Shown piece by piece: positions 51,767 to 59,916 of a DNA stretch of 64,000 nucleotides. Every line of letters begins with the position of its first letter. The stretch's first letter is position 1. The translations under genes and the position numbers were made by a program. The DNA is taken from positions 99,217-163,216 of the forward strand of contig JBBQGQ010000005.1 in assembly GCA_038323195.1 (NCBI GenBank), given 5' to 3'. This DNA comes from Acidimicrobiia bacterium. Its GTDB lineage: Bacteria; Actinomycetota; Acidimicrobiia; IMCC26256; PALSA-610. The notes beneath the pieces are model-generated. The model did not search any database. It worked only from the letters and a program-made list of their open reading frames with translations, and was not told the origin of the DNA.

Positions 51767-53481
51767 GTGAGTCTGGAAGTGGCGGAGTCCCGAGCGCCCG
51801 CGAGGTGGGTATCCCGCCGAGCAGCGAGGGCGACAAAGCAAGCATCGTGGGTATCCCGCCGAGCAGCGAGGGCGACAAAGCAAGTATCGAAATTTACGAC
51901 ACGACGTTGCGGGATGGCTCGCAGCTCGAGGGGATCTCGCTGACCGTCGAGGACAAGCTGCGGATCGCGGAGCAACTCGACTGGCTCGGTGTGCACTACA
52001 TCGAAGCCGGTTGGCCGGGCGCGAACCCGAAGGACGACGAGCTGTTCCGGCGCGTGCCGAACGAGCTGAGGCTCGAGACCAGCACCCTCGTCGCGTTCGG
52101 GTCGACGCGTCGAGTCAAGGGCAAGGTCGACAGCGACGACACACTCCGCCACCTCGTCGAGGCGAATGTCGGGACCGTCTGCATCGTGGGCAAGTCTTGG
52201 GACTACCACGTCACCGAGGCACTGGGCACGACGCTCGACGAGGGTGTGGCGATGGTCGGCGATTCGGTCGAATTCCTGCGCGGCGCCGGGATGCAGGTGC
52301 TCTTCGACGCCGAGCACTTCTTCGACGGCTTCAAGCGCAATCCCGAGTTCTCGCTGCGCGTGCTCGAAGCCGCGGCGACGAACGGCGCGAGCCATCTCGT
52401 GCTCTGCGACACCAACGGCGGAGCGCTGCCACGCGAGGTCGAGCAGGCCGTGGCAGATGTCGTGCGTTACTTCGGTGCCGACGTCAAGATCGCGGTGCAT
52501 CTCCACGACGATGCCGGCACTGGAGTTGCGAACGCGCTCGCGGGGGTACTCGGGGGCGCCACACAGGTCCAGGGCACGATCAACGGTTACGGCGAGCGCA
52601 CGGGCAACTGCAATCTCACCACGATCATCCCGAATCTCACGCTCAAGATGGGCTACGAGACCATCCCGCTCGATCGCTTCGAGCGGCTCACTCCGGTTGC
52701 GCACCACATCGCCGAGCTTGTGAACATGCCCCTCAACCCGCAGGCCGCGTACGTGGGCCATTCCGCGTTCGCGCACAAGGCCGGGTTGCACACGAGCGCG
52801 ATCGCGAAGCGTCCCGACGCCTACGAGCACGTATCGCCCGAGGTCGTCGGGAACGGGACGCGGTTCGTGGTATCGGAGCTCGCGGGCAAGTCGACGCTCG
52901 GGCTCAAGGCCAAGGAGCTCGGCCTCGAGCTCGACGGACCGCAGCTGGCCGACGTGGTCGAGACGTTGAAGCGGCTCGAGCACGAGGGCTACCACTTCGA
53001 GGTTGCCGACGGCTCGTTGGAGTTGCTCATGCGCCGGGCAACGGGTTGGGAGCCCGGCTGGTTCCGAGTCGAGTCGTTCCGCGTGATCACCGACGACCTC
53101 GGCGGCGTCGACACCCTTACCGACAAGACCGGCGCGACCGTGATGACCGAAGCAACCGTCAAGGTCCACATTGGTGGTAGGCGAGTGGTGGCGACCGCCG
53201 AGGGCAACGGTCCGGTGAACGCGCTCGACACCGCGCTGCGAACCGCACTCGACGGCAATTTCCCCGCGCTCGAGCGAGTGCACCTGACCGACTACAAGGT
53301 GCGGGTGCTCGACACGAACAAGGGCACGGGCGCGGCGACTCGGGTGCTGATCGACTCCACCGACGGCAACGGCACGTGGACGACCATCGGCGTGAACGAG
53401 AACATCATCGAAGCCTCGTGGCAGGCGCTGCTCGACTCGATTCATTTCGGCCTGCTGCGCGCCGAGCTCGCCGGCGGCTGA
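51763..53481 (+). CDS. cimA: citramalate synthase-like LeuA paralogue
   Basis: ATG at 51763 in an ATGA overlap with the ilvE stop; alternative GTG starts lie at 51805 and 51847. IYDTTLRDGSQ, HLHDDAGTGVANALAGV and a C-terminal LeuA_dimer-type domain. From memory the layout resembles the TIGR00977 citramalate synthase class; the substrate is not proven. Confidence 0.8.
   Translation: MSESGSGGVPSAREVGIPPSSEGDKASIVGIPPSSEGDKASIEIYDTTLRDGSQLEGISLTVEDKLRIAEQLDWLGVHYIEAGWPGANPKDDELFRRVPNELRLETSTLVAFGSTRRVKGKVDSDDTLRHLVEANVGTVCIVGKSWDYHVTEALGTTLDEGVAMVGDSVEFLRGAGMQVLFDAEHFFDGFKRNPEFSLRVLEAAATNGASHLVLCDTNGGALPREVEQAVADVVRYFGADVKIAVHLHDDAGTGVANALAGVLGGATQVQGTINGYGERTGNCNLTTIIPNLTLKMGYETIPLDRFERLTPVAHHIAELVNMPLNPQAAYVGHSAFAHKAGLHTSAIAKRPDAYEHVSPEVVGNGTRFVVSELAGKSTLGLKAKELGLELDGPQLADVVETLKRLEHEGYHFEVADGSLELLMRRATGWEPGWFRVESFRVITDDLGGVDTLTDKTGATVMTEATVKVHIGGRRVVATAEGNGPVNALDTALRTALDGNFPALERVHLTDYKVRVLDTNKGTGAATRVLIDSTDGNGTWTTIGVNENIIEASWQALLDSIHFGLLRAELAGG
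51805..51888. repeat. 42-bp in-frame tandem duplication (41/42) in the 5' end of the cimA-like gene
   Basis: Copies at 51805-51846 and 51847-51888, each beginning with GTG. They encode VGIPPSSEGDKASI twice, directly before the conserved IYDTTLRDG core. Confidence 0.95.
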
Positions 53482-53493
53482 GGAGCGCCGGCC

Positions 53494-53523
53494 GGCGCGG
53501 GTCGGCGCGGGTCGGCGCGGGTC
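53494..53523. repeat. 10-bp tandem repeat GGCGCGGGTC x3
   Basis: Three perfect copies starting 13 nt after the cimA-like stop. Confidence 0.9.
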
Positions 53524-53554
53524 GGCCCGGCCGGGTCGAAATGCGATCCGAGTA

Positions 53555-54106
53555 ATGTCAGCGCTCGTGCCGACCGATCCGTTCGTCCCGTCCGATCCGA
53601 GTGCTCGGCCGCGCGAGCAGCAGAACCTGCCTCCCGGTGTGGCCCTGCCGGCCGCGGCCGACTGGCGATCCGATCGTCCGGGCGACCTCGGCCCCGACCA
53701 GCCCGAAGGCGCACTGTTCGGTCGTCCCGGCCCGAACGTCGGCTACGCGTACACCCTCGCGCAACGGGCCAAGGACCGGATGCGGCTGGGCCCGTTCGAG
53801 CACGCCGACGACGCCGTCGCGGTAGTCGCGGAGATCGCGGGCAAGCGAGCCGCGCTGTTCGGTCGCGCCCCGGTGATCGGTGATGTCGATCTCGCCCTCG
53901 CGGTGCTGGGATACGACGGCAATGTCAGCGACGACTTCGTCACGGCGCGCTCCGCGGTGGTACACGACGCGAACCACGACTACCACCGGCGGCGCACGCT
54001 CGTCGACGCGGTGCCGGACACGTTGTTGCGCATGCGGGCCGGCCAGGCCGGCGCGGAGATCGCAGCGTGGCGCGCGTCGATGCCCGCGCCGGCCGCCTCC
54101 GGTTAG
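53555..54106 (+). CDS. hypothetical protein
   Basis: 183-aa ORF with high GC3 and ordinary composition in its globular part (GPNVGYAYTLAQRAKDRMRLGPFEHADDAVAVVAEIAGKRAALFG). No family recognised. Confidence 0.6.
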   Translation: MSALVPTDPFVPSDPSARPREQQNLPPGVALPAAADWRSDRPGDLGPDQPEGALFGRPGPNVGYAYTLAQRAKDRMRLGPFEHADDAVAVVAEIAGKRAALFGRAPVIGDVDLALAVLGYDGNVSDDFVTARSAVVHDANHDYHRRRTLVDAVPDTLLRMRAGQAGAEIAAWRASMPAPAASG

Positions 54107-54133
54107 CGCCGGATCATCGCGGCGAAAGGCCGG

Positions 54134-55291
54134 ATGTTGACCAGTTTCACCCTGTCCGACGACCTCACCGAGTTGCGGGCATCGGTCCGGCGTCTCGCCG
54201 AGGACAAGATCGCCCCGCACGCCGCGCACGCCGACGAGTACGAGGAATACCCGTGGGACTCGTGGCACGCCTGGCGCGCAGCGGGATTCGCGGGCCTCGC
54301 GTTCCCCGAGGAGCTCGGCGGTCAGGGGGGCGGGTTCCTGGCGCACGCGATCTGCGTGGAGGAGGTGGCGCGGGTCTGCGCGTCGTCGTCGCTGTTCACC
54401 TTCATCTCGAAGCTGGCGATGACGCCGGTGCTCGACCACGGCGGCGACGGGCTCGGGCGGAAGTACGTCGCGCGCGTCGCGAGCGGAGAGTGCCAGGCGT
54501 CCTACTGCCTCTCGGAGGCCGACGCGGGAAGCGACGTGGCCGGCCTGCGCACCAGGGCGGTCCGCGACGGCGAGCACTACGTGTTGACGGGCCGCAAGCT
54601 CTGGATCACCAACGCGGGCATCAGCGACTTCTACACGGTGTTCGCCAAGACCGATCCCGAGGCGGGTCACCGCGGCATCAGCTGCTTCGTCGTCGAGAAG
54701 GACTTCGCCGGATTCTCGGTGTCGAAGCTCGAGCGCAAGATGGGCATACGGGGGTCGCCCACGGGCGAGGTCGTGCTCGACGAATGCGTCGTACCCGCGG
54801 AGAACTTGATCGGCGAACCCGGCCAGGGGTTCGCGTTCGCGATGGGCGCGCTCGACCGCTCGCGGCCGCTCGTCGGTGCGCAGGCCCTCGGCATTGCCCA
54901 GGGCGCGCTCGACCTGGCAACCGGCTACGTGCAGGAGCGCAAGCAGTTCGGACGGCAGATCGCCGACTTCCAGGGCTTGCAGTTCATGCTCGCCGACATG
55001 GCGACCGCCGTCGACGCGGCGCGCCTGCTCGTGTACCGGGCCTGCGCGTTGCTCGACGACGGGCTCGGCGGCACTCCGACGACCGCGAGCGCGTCGTCGA
55101 TGGCAAAGCTCTTCGCATCCGATACCGCGATGCGGGTGACGACCGATTGTGTGCAGCTCCTGGGGGGGATCGGCTACACGAAGGATGTCCCGGCGGAGCG
55201 GTTCATGCGCGATGCCAAGATCACCCAGATCTACGAGGGCACGAACCAGATCCAACGGGTCGTGATCGCCAAGCGCCTGCTCGGGGGCTGA
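54134..55291 (+). CDS. acyl-CoA dehydrogenase (short/branched-chain type, canonical YEGT)
   Basis: 385 aa. CLSEADAGSDVAGL and a C-terminal IYEGTNQIQR carrying the canonical catalytic Glu. Confidence 0.9.
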   Translation: MLTSFTLSDDLTELRASVRRLAEDKIAPHAAHADEYEEYPWDSWHAWRAAGFAGLAFPEELGGQGGGFLAHAICVEEVARVCASSSLFTFISKLAMTPVLDHGGDGLGRKYVARVASGECQASYCLSEADAGSDVAGLRTRAVRDGEHYVLTGRKLWITNAGISDFYTVFAKTDPEAGHRGISCFVVEKDFAGFSVSKLERKMGIRGSPTGEVVLDECVVPAENLIGEPGQGFAFAMGALDRSRPLVGAQALGIAQGALDLATGYVQERKQFGRQIADFQGLQFMLADMATAVDAARLLVYRACALLDDGLGGTPTTASASSMAKLFASDTAMRVTTDCVQLLGGIGYTKDVPAERFMRDAKITQIYEGTNQIQRVVIAKRLLGG

Positions 55292-55292
55292 C

Positions 55293-56636
55293 GTGAACGC
55301 GGTGACCGGCTACGCGAAGAACGGTGGCACGCACATCGCGTATTCGGTTCTCGGTGACGGTCCGGTCGACGTCCTCGCGGTGCAGTCGATGACTGTCGCG
55401 ACAGAAGCGTTCGCGGAGGAGCCGCATGCAGCCGCGTTCGATCGGCGGCTTGCATCGTTCTGCCGTCTCATTCGCTTCGATCTACGCGGGATCGGGCTTT
55501 CGGATCCAATCGATCTCGCCGTGGGTATGAAGCTCTCCGATATCGCCGGCGACGCGCTGGCCGTGCTCGACGCCGTCGGAGTTCCGAGCGCGACACTTCT
55601 CGGCACCGAGGGAGGGGTCGTCGCGGCGATCACGCTGGCCGCGACCGCGCCGGATCGGATCGACCGGCTGGTCCTCATCAACGGCTTTGCCCGGGTCATC
55701 AGGTCCGACGACTATCCCCACGGCCATGCACCGGAGGTCGTCTCGGCGTTCGTCGAGACCAACATCGATCCCGACGCCGAATGGTCCCTCGACGGCGCGG
55801 ACGATCTCGCGTTGATCGCACCGTCGCTCAAGGACGATCCGGCGTTCGTCGCCTGGTGGGTGCGATCGTCGCGCCGGGGTGCGAGCCCCGCGACCGCGCT
55901 CGCGATGTTGCGATTGACCAGCCAGTCCGACGTGCGCGACCTGCTTCCGACGATCAGCGTGCCGACGCTCGTTCTTCACCGCCGCGCCAACTTCTTTGCT
56001 CCTGTCGGTTGCGGGCGATACCTGGGTGAGCACATCGCGGGCGCCAAGTACGTCGAGCTGGCCGGCGCCGATCACCTTCCGTGGGCGGGTGACGCCGATG
56101 CGATCCTCGACGAGATCGAGGAGTTCCTGACCGGGCAGCGTGGCGGAACGGGCGAGCGCGTGCTCGCGACCGTGCTGTTCACCGACATCGTGGACTCGAC
56201 CCAACAGGCCGCCGCGCTCGGCGACCGGGCGTGGCGCGCCCGGCTCGAGAATCACGACGCGATCGTGCGCCAGGAATTGCGGCGCTACGGCGGTCGCGAG
56301 GTCAACACCACCGGAGACGGATTCTTCGCGGCGTTCGACAGCCCGACGCAGGCGGTGCGCTCCGCGCGCGCGATCATCGACGCTTCGGCCGCAGCCCAAC
56401 TCGATGTGCGTGCGGGAATACACACGGGTGAGTGCGAGCGGCGCGGCGATGATCTCGCGGGGCTCGCCGTCCACATCGCGGCGCGGGTGGCGGCGGCGGC
56501 GGGTGCGGGCGACGTGGTCGTGTCGCGGACGGTGCGCGACCTCGTCGGCGGCTCGGAGATGCGATTCGTGGATCGCGGCGAGCACGAGCTGAGGGGCGTG
56601 CCCGAACATTGGCAGCTGTACGCGCTGGAACGGTGA
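55293..56636 (+). CDS. alpha/beta-hydrolase domain fused to class III adenylate/guanylate cyclase domain
   Basis: GTG start 1 nt after the previous stop. The N-terminal ~270 aa has an alpha/beta-hydrolase layout. The C-terminal part (VLFTDIVDSTQ...NTTGDGFFAAF...GIHTGECE) is a class III cyclase. The architecture resembles mycobacterial LipJ (Rv1900c). Confidence 0.85.
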   Translation: MNAVTGYAKNGGTHIAYSVLGDGPVDVLAVQSMTVATEAFAEEPHAAAFDRRLASFCRLIRFDLRGIGLSDPIDLAVGMKLSDIAGDALAVLDAVGVPSATLLGTEGGVVAAITLAATAPDRIDRLVLINGFARVIRSDDYPHGHAPEVVSAFVETNIDPDAEWSLDGADDLALIAPSLKDDPAFVAWWVRSSRRGASPATALAMLRLTSQSDVRDLLPTISVPTLVLHRRANFFAPVGCGRYLGEHIAGAKYVELAGADHLPWAGDADAILDEIEEFLTGQRGGTGERVLATVLFTDIVDSTQQAAALGDRAWRARLENHDAIVRQELRRYGGREVNTTGDGFFAAFDSPTQAVRSARAIIDASAAAQLDVRAGIHTGECERRGDDLAGLAVHIAARVAAAAGAGDVVVSRTVRDLVGGSEMRFVDRGEHELRGVPEHWQLYALER

Positions 56637-56673
56637 GGACGACATCGGGCGGGCTCGTAGACTCGGAGATCCG

Positions 56674-58089
56674 ATGAGCCAGGTCCGCCTCCGTTTCTCG
56701 CCCGCTCCCACCGGGTCGCTCCACCTCGGCAACGTCCGCACGGCGCTCTACAACTGGTTGCACGCGCGCCACGTCGGCGGCACCTTCATCCTCCGGATCG
56801 AAGACACCGATGTCGTCCGCTCGACGCAGGAGTCGGTCGACGAGATCCAGTACGTGCTGCGCTGGTTGGGTCTCGACTGGGACGAGGGCTCCTACCTGCA
56901 GAGCGCGCGTTTGGACGTGTACCTCGCGGCGGCCGCCCGCCTGGTCGACGAGGGGCTCGCTTACGAGTGCTACTGCACCGAGTCCGAGGTCAAGGAGCGC
57001 AACGAGCAGGCGATGCACCAGGGTCGGCCGCCCGGCTACGACGGGCGCTGTCGAGATCTGAGCGCCGACGAGCGGGCCGCGCGCGCGGCCGAGGGTCGAC
57101 CCGTGTCGCTCCGGTTCCGCACACCCGACGAGGGCCACAGCTCCTTCACGGATCTGATCCGCGGCGAGGTCACCGTCGAGTGGTCGACGATCTCCGACTT
57201 CGTGATCGTGAGGTCGAACGGCACGCCGGTGTTCTTCCTCGCGAACGCGGTCGACGACATCGACATGCAGATCACGCACGTACTACGCGGCGAGGATCTC
57301 ATCGACTCGACCCACCGCGTTCTCGCGCTCCGGCGTGCGCTCGGTCACGACGATCAGCCCGTATACGCGCACATGCCGATGATCCTCGGACCCGGCGGCG
57401 GGAAGCTGTCGAAGCGCCACGGGTCGGTCTCGATCGAGGAATACCGCGACGCCGGTTACCTTCCGAGCGCACTGGTCAACTATCTCACCTTGCTCGGTTG
57501 GGGCCCGGAGGACGGCCGCGAGGTTCTGAGCACCGACGAGCTCGTCGCCGAGTTCGAGCTGAAGCGCGTCATCAGCTCTTCCGCAACGTTCGACGCCAAG
57601 AAGCTCGAGTGGATGAACGGCGAGCACATCCGGGCTCTTCCTCCGTCGGAGCTGGTGTCGGCCGTGTTGCCGTTCGCCCGCATCCGGTACGGCGACCGTC
57701 TCGAAATCCGGCGGTTCGAGGCGGCGGTTCGCCTGGCGCAGGTGCGGGCGACGACCCTCGTACAGATTGCCGAGCAGATGGCGTTCCTCTTCACCCCCGA
57801 CGACGCGCTCGAGATCGAGGCGGCGTCGTGGGAGAAGCTGACAAAGGTGGAGGCGGCGGCCGACATCCTCGATGCCGCCGCCGAATTCGTTGCAACATGC
57901 GACTGGACCGACGAGATCGATCCGCGTCCGGCCATCGAGGCGCTCGGGCTCAAGCCGGGCAAGGTCATGCACGTCCTGTACACCGCGATCGAGGGTCGCA
58001 GTCAAGGGCTGCCGCTGTTCGACTCGATCAGTCTGCTCGGCCGCGAGTCGGCGCTCCACCGGCTACGTGCTGCCCGCGCCCGCCTGTGA
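56674..58089 (+). CDS. gltX: glutamate--tRNA ligase
   Basis: 471 aa. RFSPAPTGSLHLGN (HIGH-type) and KLSKRHG (KMSKS-type) motifs. Confidence 0.95.
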   Translation: MSQVRLRFSPAPTGSLHLGNVRTALYNWLHARHVGGTFILRIEDTDVVRSTQESVDEIQYVLRWLGLDWDEGSYLQSARLDVYLAAAARLVDEGLAYECYCTESEVKERNEQAMHQGRPPGYDGRCRDLSADERAARAAEGRPVSLRFRTPDEGHSSFTDLIRGEVTVEWSTISDFVIVRSNGTPVFFLANAVDDIDMQITHVLRGEDLIDSTHRVLALRRALGHDDQPVYAHMPMILGPGGGKLSKRHGSVSIEEYRDAGYLPSALVNYLTLLGWGPEDGREVLSTDELVAEFELKRVISSSATFDAKKLEWMNGEHIRALPPSELVSAVLPFARIRYGDRLEIRRFEAAVRLAQVRATTLVQIAEQMAFLFTPDDALEIEAASWEKLTKVEAAADILDAAAEFVATCDWTDEIDPRPAIEALGLKPGKVMHVLYTAIEGRSQGLPLFDSISLLGRESALHRLRAARARL

Positions 58090-58820
58090 GACGGTGGATC
58101 AAGATCTCGCTGCGCATCGCGATCGGTCTGTTCGTCGTCGTCTTCGCGTATCTGTCGGTCGTGTTCGTACAGGTGTGGTTGGCTGCGCGCCGAGATGACG
58201 CCCGACCGTCCGACGCGATCATCGTCCTCGGAGCCGCGGAGTTCGACGGCCGGGCGTCGGCGATTCTCGCGGCCCGGCTCGACCATGCGATCGACCTGTA
58301 CCGCCGCGGCATCGCCCCGGTCGTCGTGGTGACGGGCGGCAGACAACCCGGAGATCGCTTCACCGAGGCGAGCGTCGGTGCGAGCTACCTGAACGATCGT
58401 CACGTCCCCGAGCGCGCGATCTTGCGCGAGACGACCGGGCGTTCGTCGTGGCAGTCGCTCGCCGCGGCGGCCCGCTTCTTGAAGGCGCGCAACCTCACAC
58501 GAGTCGTGCTCGTCTCGGATCCGTACCATTCGGCGCGCATCGAGGACGTTGCGCACGACGTCGGTCTGAAAGCCGTGACATCGCCCACCCGCACGAGTCC
58601 GATCAAGGGGACAAGTGAGTGGCGGCGATTCGTCACCGAAACGATCCGCGTCGGCGCGGGACGGATCTTCGGTTACGGACGCCTCGACCGGCACCGCCAG
58701 GTGGAGAGGCTCGTTCCCGGACTCGCTACAATATGCCCTTCGTTGCGGCGGCCGGATCGGCGATTCGGTCGACGGCGATGCGGTCGACGTCGCAACGGCA
58801 CCCATTCGGGGGTGGTGTAA
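58086..58820 (+). CDS. DUF218/YdcF (SanA/ElyC-like) membrane-anchored protein
   Basis: GTG in a GTGA overlap with the gltX stop. N-terminal TM helix, then AIIVLGAAEFDG...VVVTGG...VLVSDPYHSARI. The last ~45 codons are Arg-rich and the stop lies 15 nt inside tRNA-Gln, so the 3' part may be fortuitous. Confidence 0.75.
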   Translation: MRRWIKISLRIAIGLFVVVFAYLSVVFVQVWLAARRDDARPSDAIIVLGAAEFDGRASAILAARLDHAIDLYRRGIAPVVVVTGGRQPGDRFTEASVGASYLNDRHVPERAILRETTGRSSWQSLAAAARFLKARNLTRVVLVSDPYHSARIEDVAHDVGLKAVTSPTRTSPIKGTSEWRRFVTETIRVGAGRIFGYGRLDRHRQVERLVPGLATICPSLRRPDRRFGRRRCGRRRNGTHSGVV

Positions 58821-58877
58821 TCGGCAACACGACAGGTTCTGGCCCTGTTATTGGGGGTTCGAGTCCTCCCCCCCGAG
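58806..58877 (+). tRNA. tRNA-Gln (anticodon CTG)
   Basis: Hand-folded cloverleaf: acceptor TCGGGGG/CCCCCGA, D stem GTGT/ACAC, anticodon stem ACAGG/CCTGT with loop TTCTGGC, T stem GGGGG/CCTCC with loop TTCGAGT. No encoded CCA. Confidence 0.9.
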
Positions 58878-58892
58878 CGCAGCCGGAGACTT

Positions 58893-58968
58893 GCCCCGTT
58901 CGTCTAGCGGCCCAGGACGCCAGGTTCTCATCCTGGTAACACGGGTTCAAATCCCGTACGGGGTGCCA
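58893..58968 (+). tRNA. tRNA-Glu (anticodon CTC)
   Basis: Hand-folded cloverleaf: acceptor GCCCCGT/ACGGGGT, D stem GTCT/GGAC, anticodon stem CCAGG/CCTGG with loop TTCTCAT, T stem ACGGG/CCCGT with loop TTCAAAT. Encoded CCA. Confidence 0.9.
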
Positions 58969-59007
58969 TGTGGCCCGAGCAATACCGCTCGGGCCACATT
59001 TCTTTTC
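58969..59007 (+). terminator. intrinsic terminator after the tRNA pair
   Basis: Perfect 12-bp stem TGTGGCCCGAGC / GCTCGGGCCACA with loop AATACC, followed by TTTCTTTTC. Confidence 0.85.
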
Positions 59008-59146
59008 TGGACGCTTTCTCGGCGCGCGCGGTCACGCTGGGCGCGCATCACGACAAACCTCGTCTGCGTACATATACACGCGCCGACATCGACGAGAACG
59101 TGTCGCGCGCGCCTCGTCGCGTCGATCGCAAGCGACGCGATGTCGA

Positions 59147-59365
59147 TCACTGCGCGACGCGGATCTCGTCGTCGCGCACGATGAGCGTGCACGCCAAACC
59201 GACGAGTGAAAGTGGATCGCGCGCGACAAAACTGCTGGTCACGATGTTGATGACGTCACCACGATGCACGCCCGACGTGATCGTGCACTCGAGCATGATG
59301 CCGTCGTCGCGTTGCTCCGCCCAGATGATGAATGCGTCGTACGTTCCATCGCCGAGTCTCGTCAT
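59147..59365 (-). CDS. hypothetical small protein
   Basis: 72 aa from the internal ATG of ORF 59147..59443 (MTRLGDGTYDAFIIWAEQRDDGIMLECTITSGVHRGDVINIV...). Non-repetitive composition, in a stretch that looks lower in GC. No family recognised. Confidence 0.45.
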   Translation of the reverse strand: MTRLGDGTYDAFIIWAEQRDDGIMLECTITSGVHRGDVINIVTSSFVARDPLSLVGLACTLIVRDDEIRVAQ

Positions 59366-59552
59366 GAGCGTGGTATCGCGTGTGCACGCGTCATCGACAG
59401 GCGATCCGCATGCGCGCTTCCGCGCAGCCAACAATCTTGACACGAGTCGCGCAACGAGTGGTGGATGCTACGCGCGTTCCGTGAGAAGTGCTTGACGTGG
59501 CCGTGTGAATACGTTCTCATAACACGAACACACGCGGTGCGTGGAGGTTTAC

Positions 59553-59831
59553 GTGAACAAGGGCGAGCTCGTCGACGCGATCGCGAACGACGCGAACATC
59601 AGCAAGACGGATGCCGAGAGCGCGCTCAACGCATTCATCAACTCGGTGCAGTCGTCGATCTCGTCGGGCGAGAAGGTGACGCTCCCGGGCTTCGGGACGT
59701 TCTCGCCTGCGCTGCGCAAGGCGCGCACAGGTATGGATCCGCGCACGCGTGAGCCGGTGCAGATCCCCGAGCGCAAGAGCGCCAAGTTCTCCGTGGGCTC
59801 GAAGTTCAAGGCCCAGGTACAAGGATCCTGA
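59553..59831 (+). CDS. hup: HU family DNA-binding protein (core domain only)
   Basis: GTG at 59553 preceded by GGAGG (5-nt spacer). VNKGELVDAIA...LPGFGTF...RTGMDPRTREPVQIPE is a canonical HU fold. It ends at a TGA after 92 aa. Confidence 0.9.
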   Translation: MNKGELVDAIANDANISKTDAESALNAFINSVQSSISSGEKVTLPGFGTFSPALRKARTGMDPRTREPVQIPERKSAKFSVGSKFKAQVQGS

Positions 59832-59916
59832 TCGCGTAGGGCGTGGGGTCGCACTCCCTCGCGCACCGAGTTACCTAAGAAGTTCGAACTTCCCCGAGTG
59901 AGAGCTCTCAGGAAAG

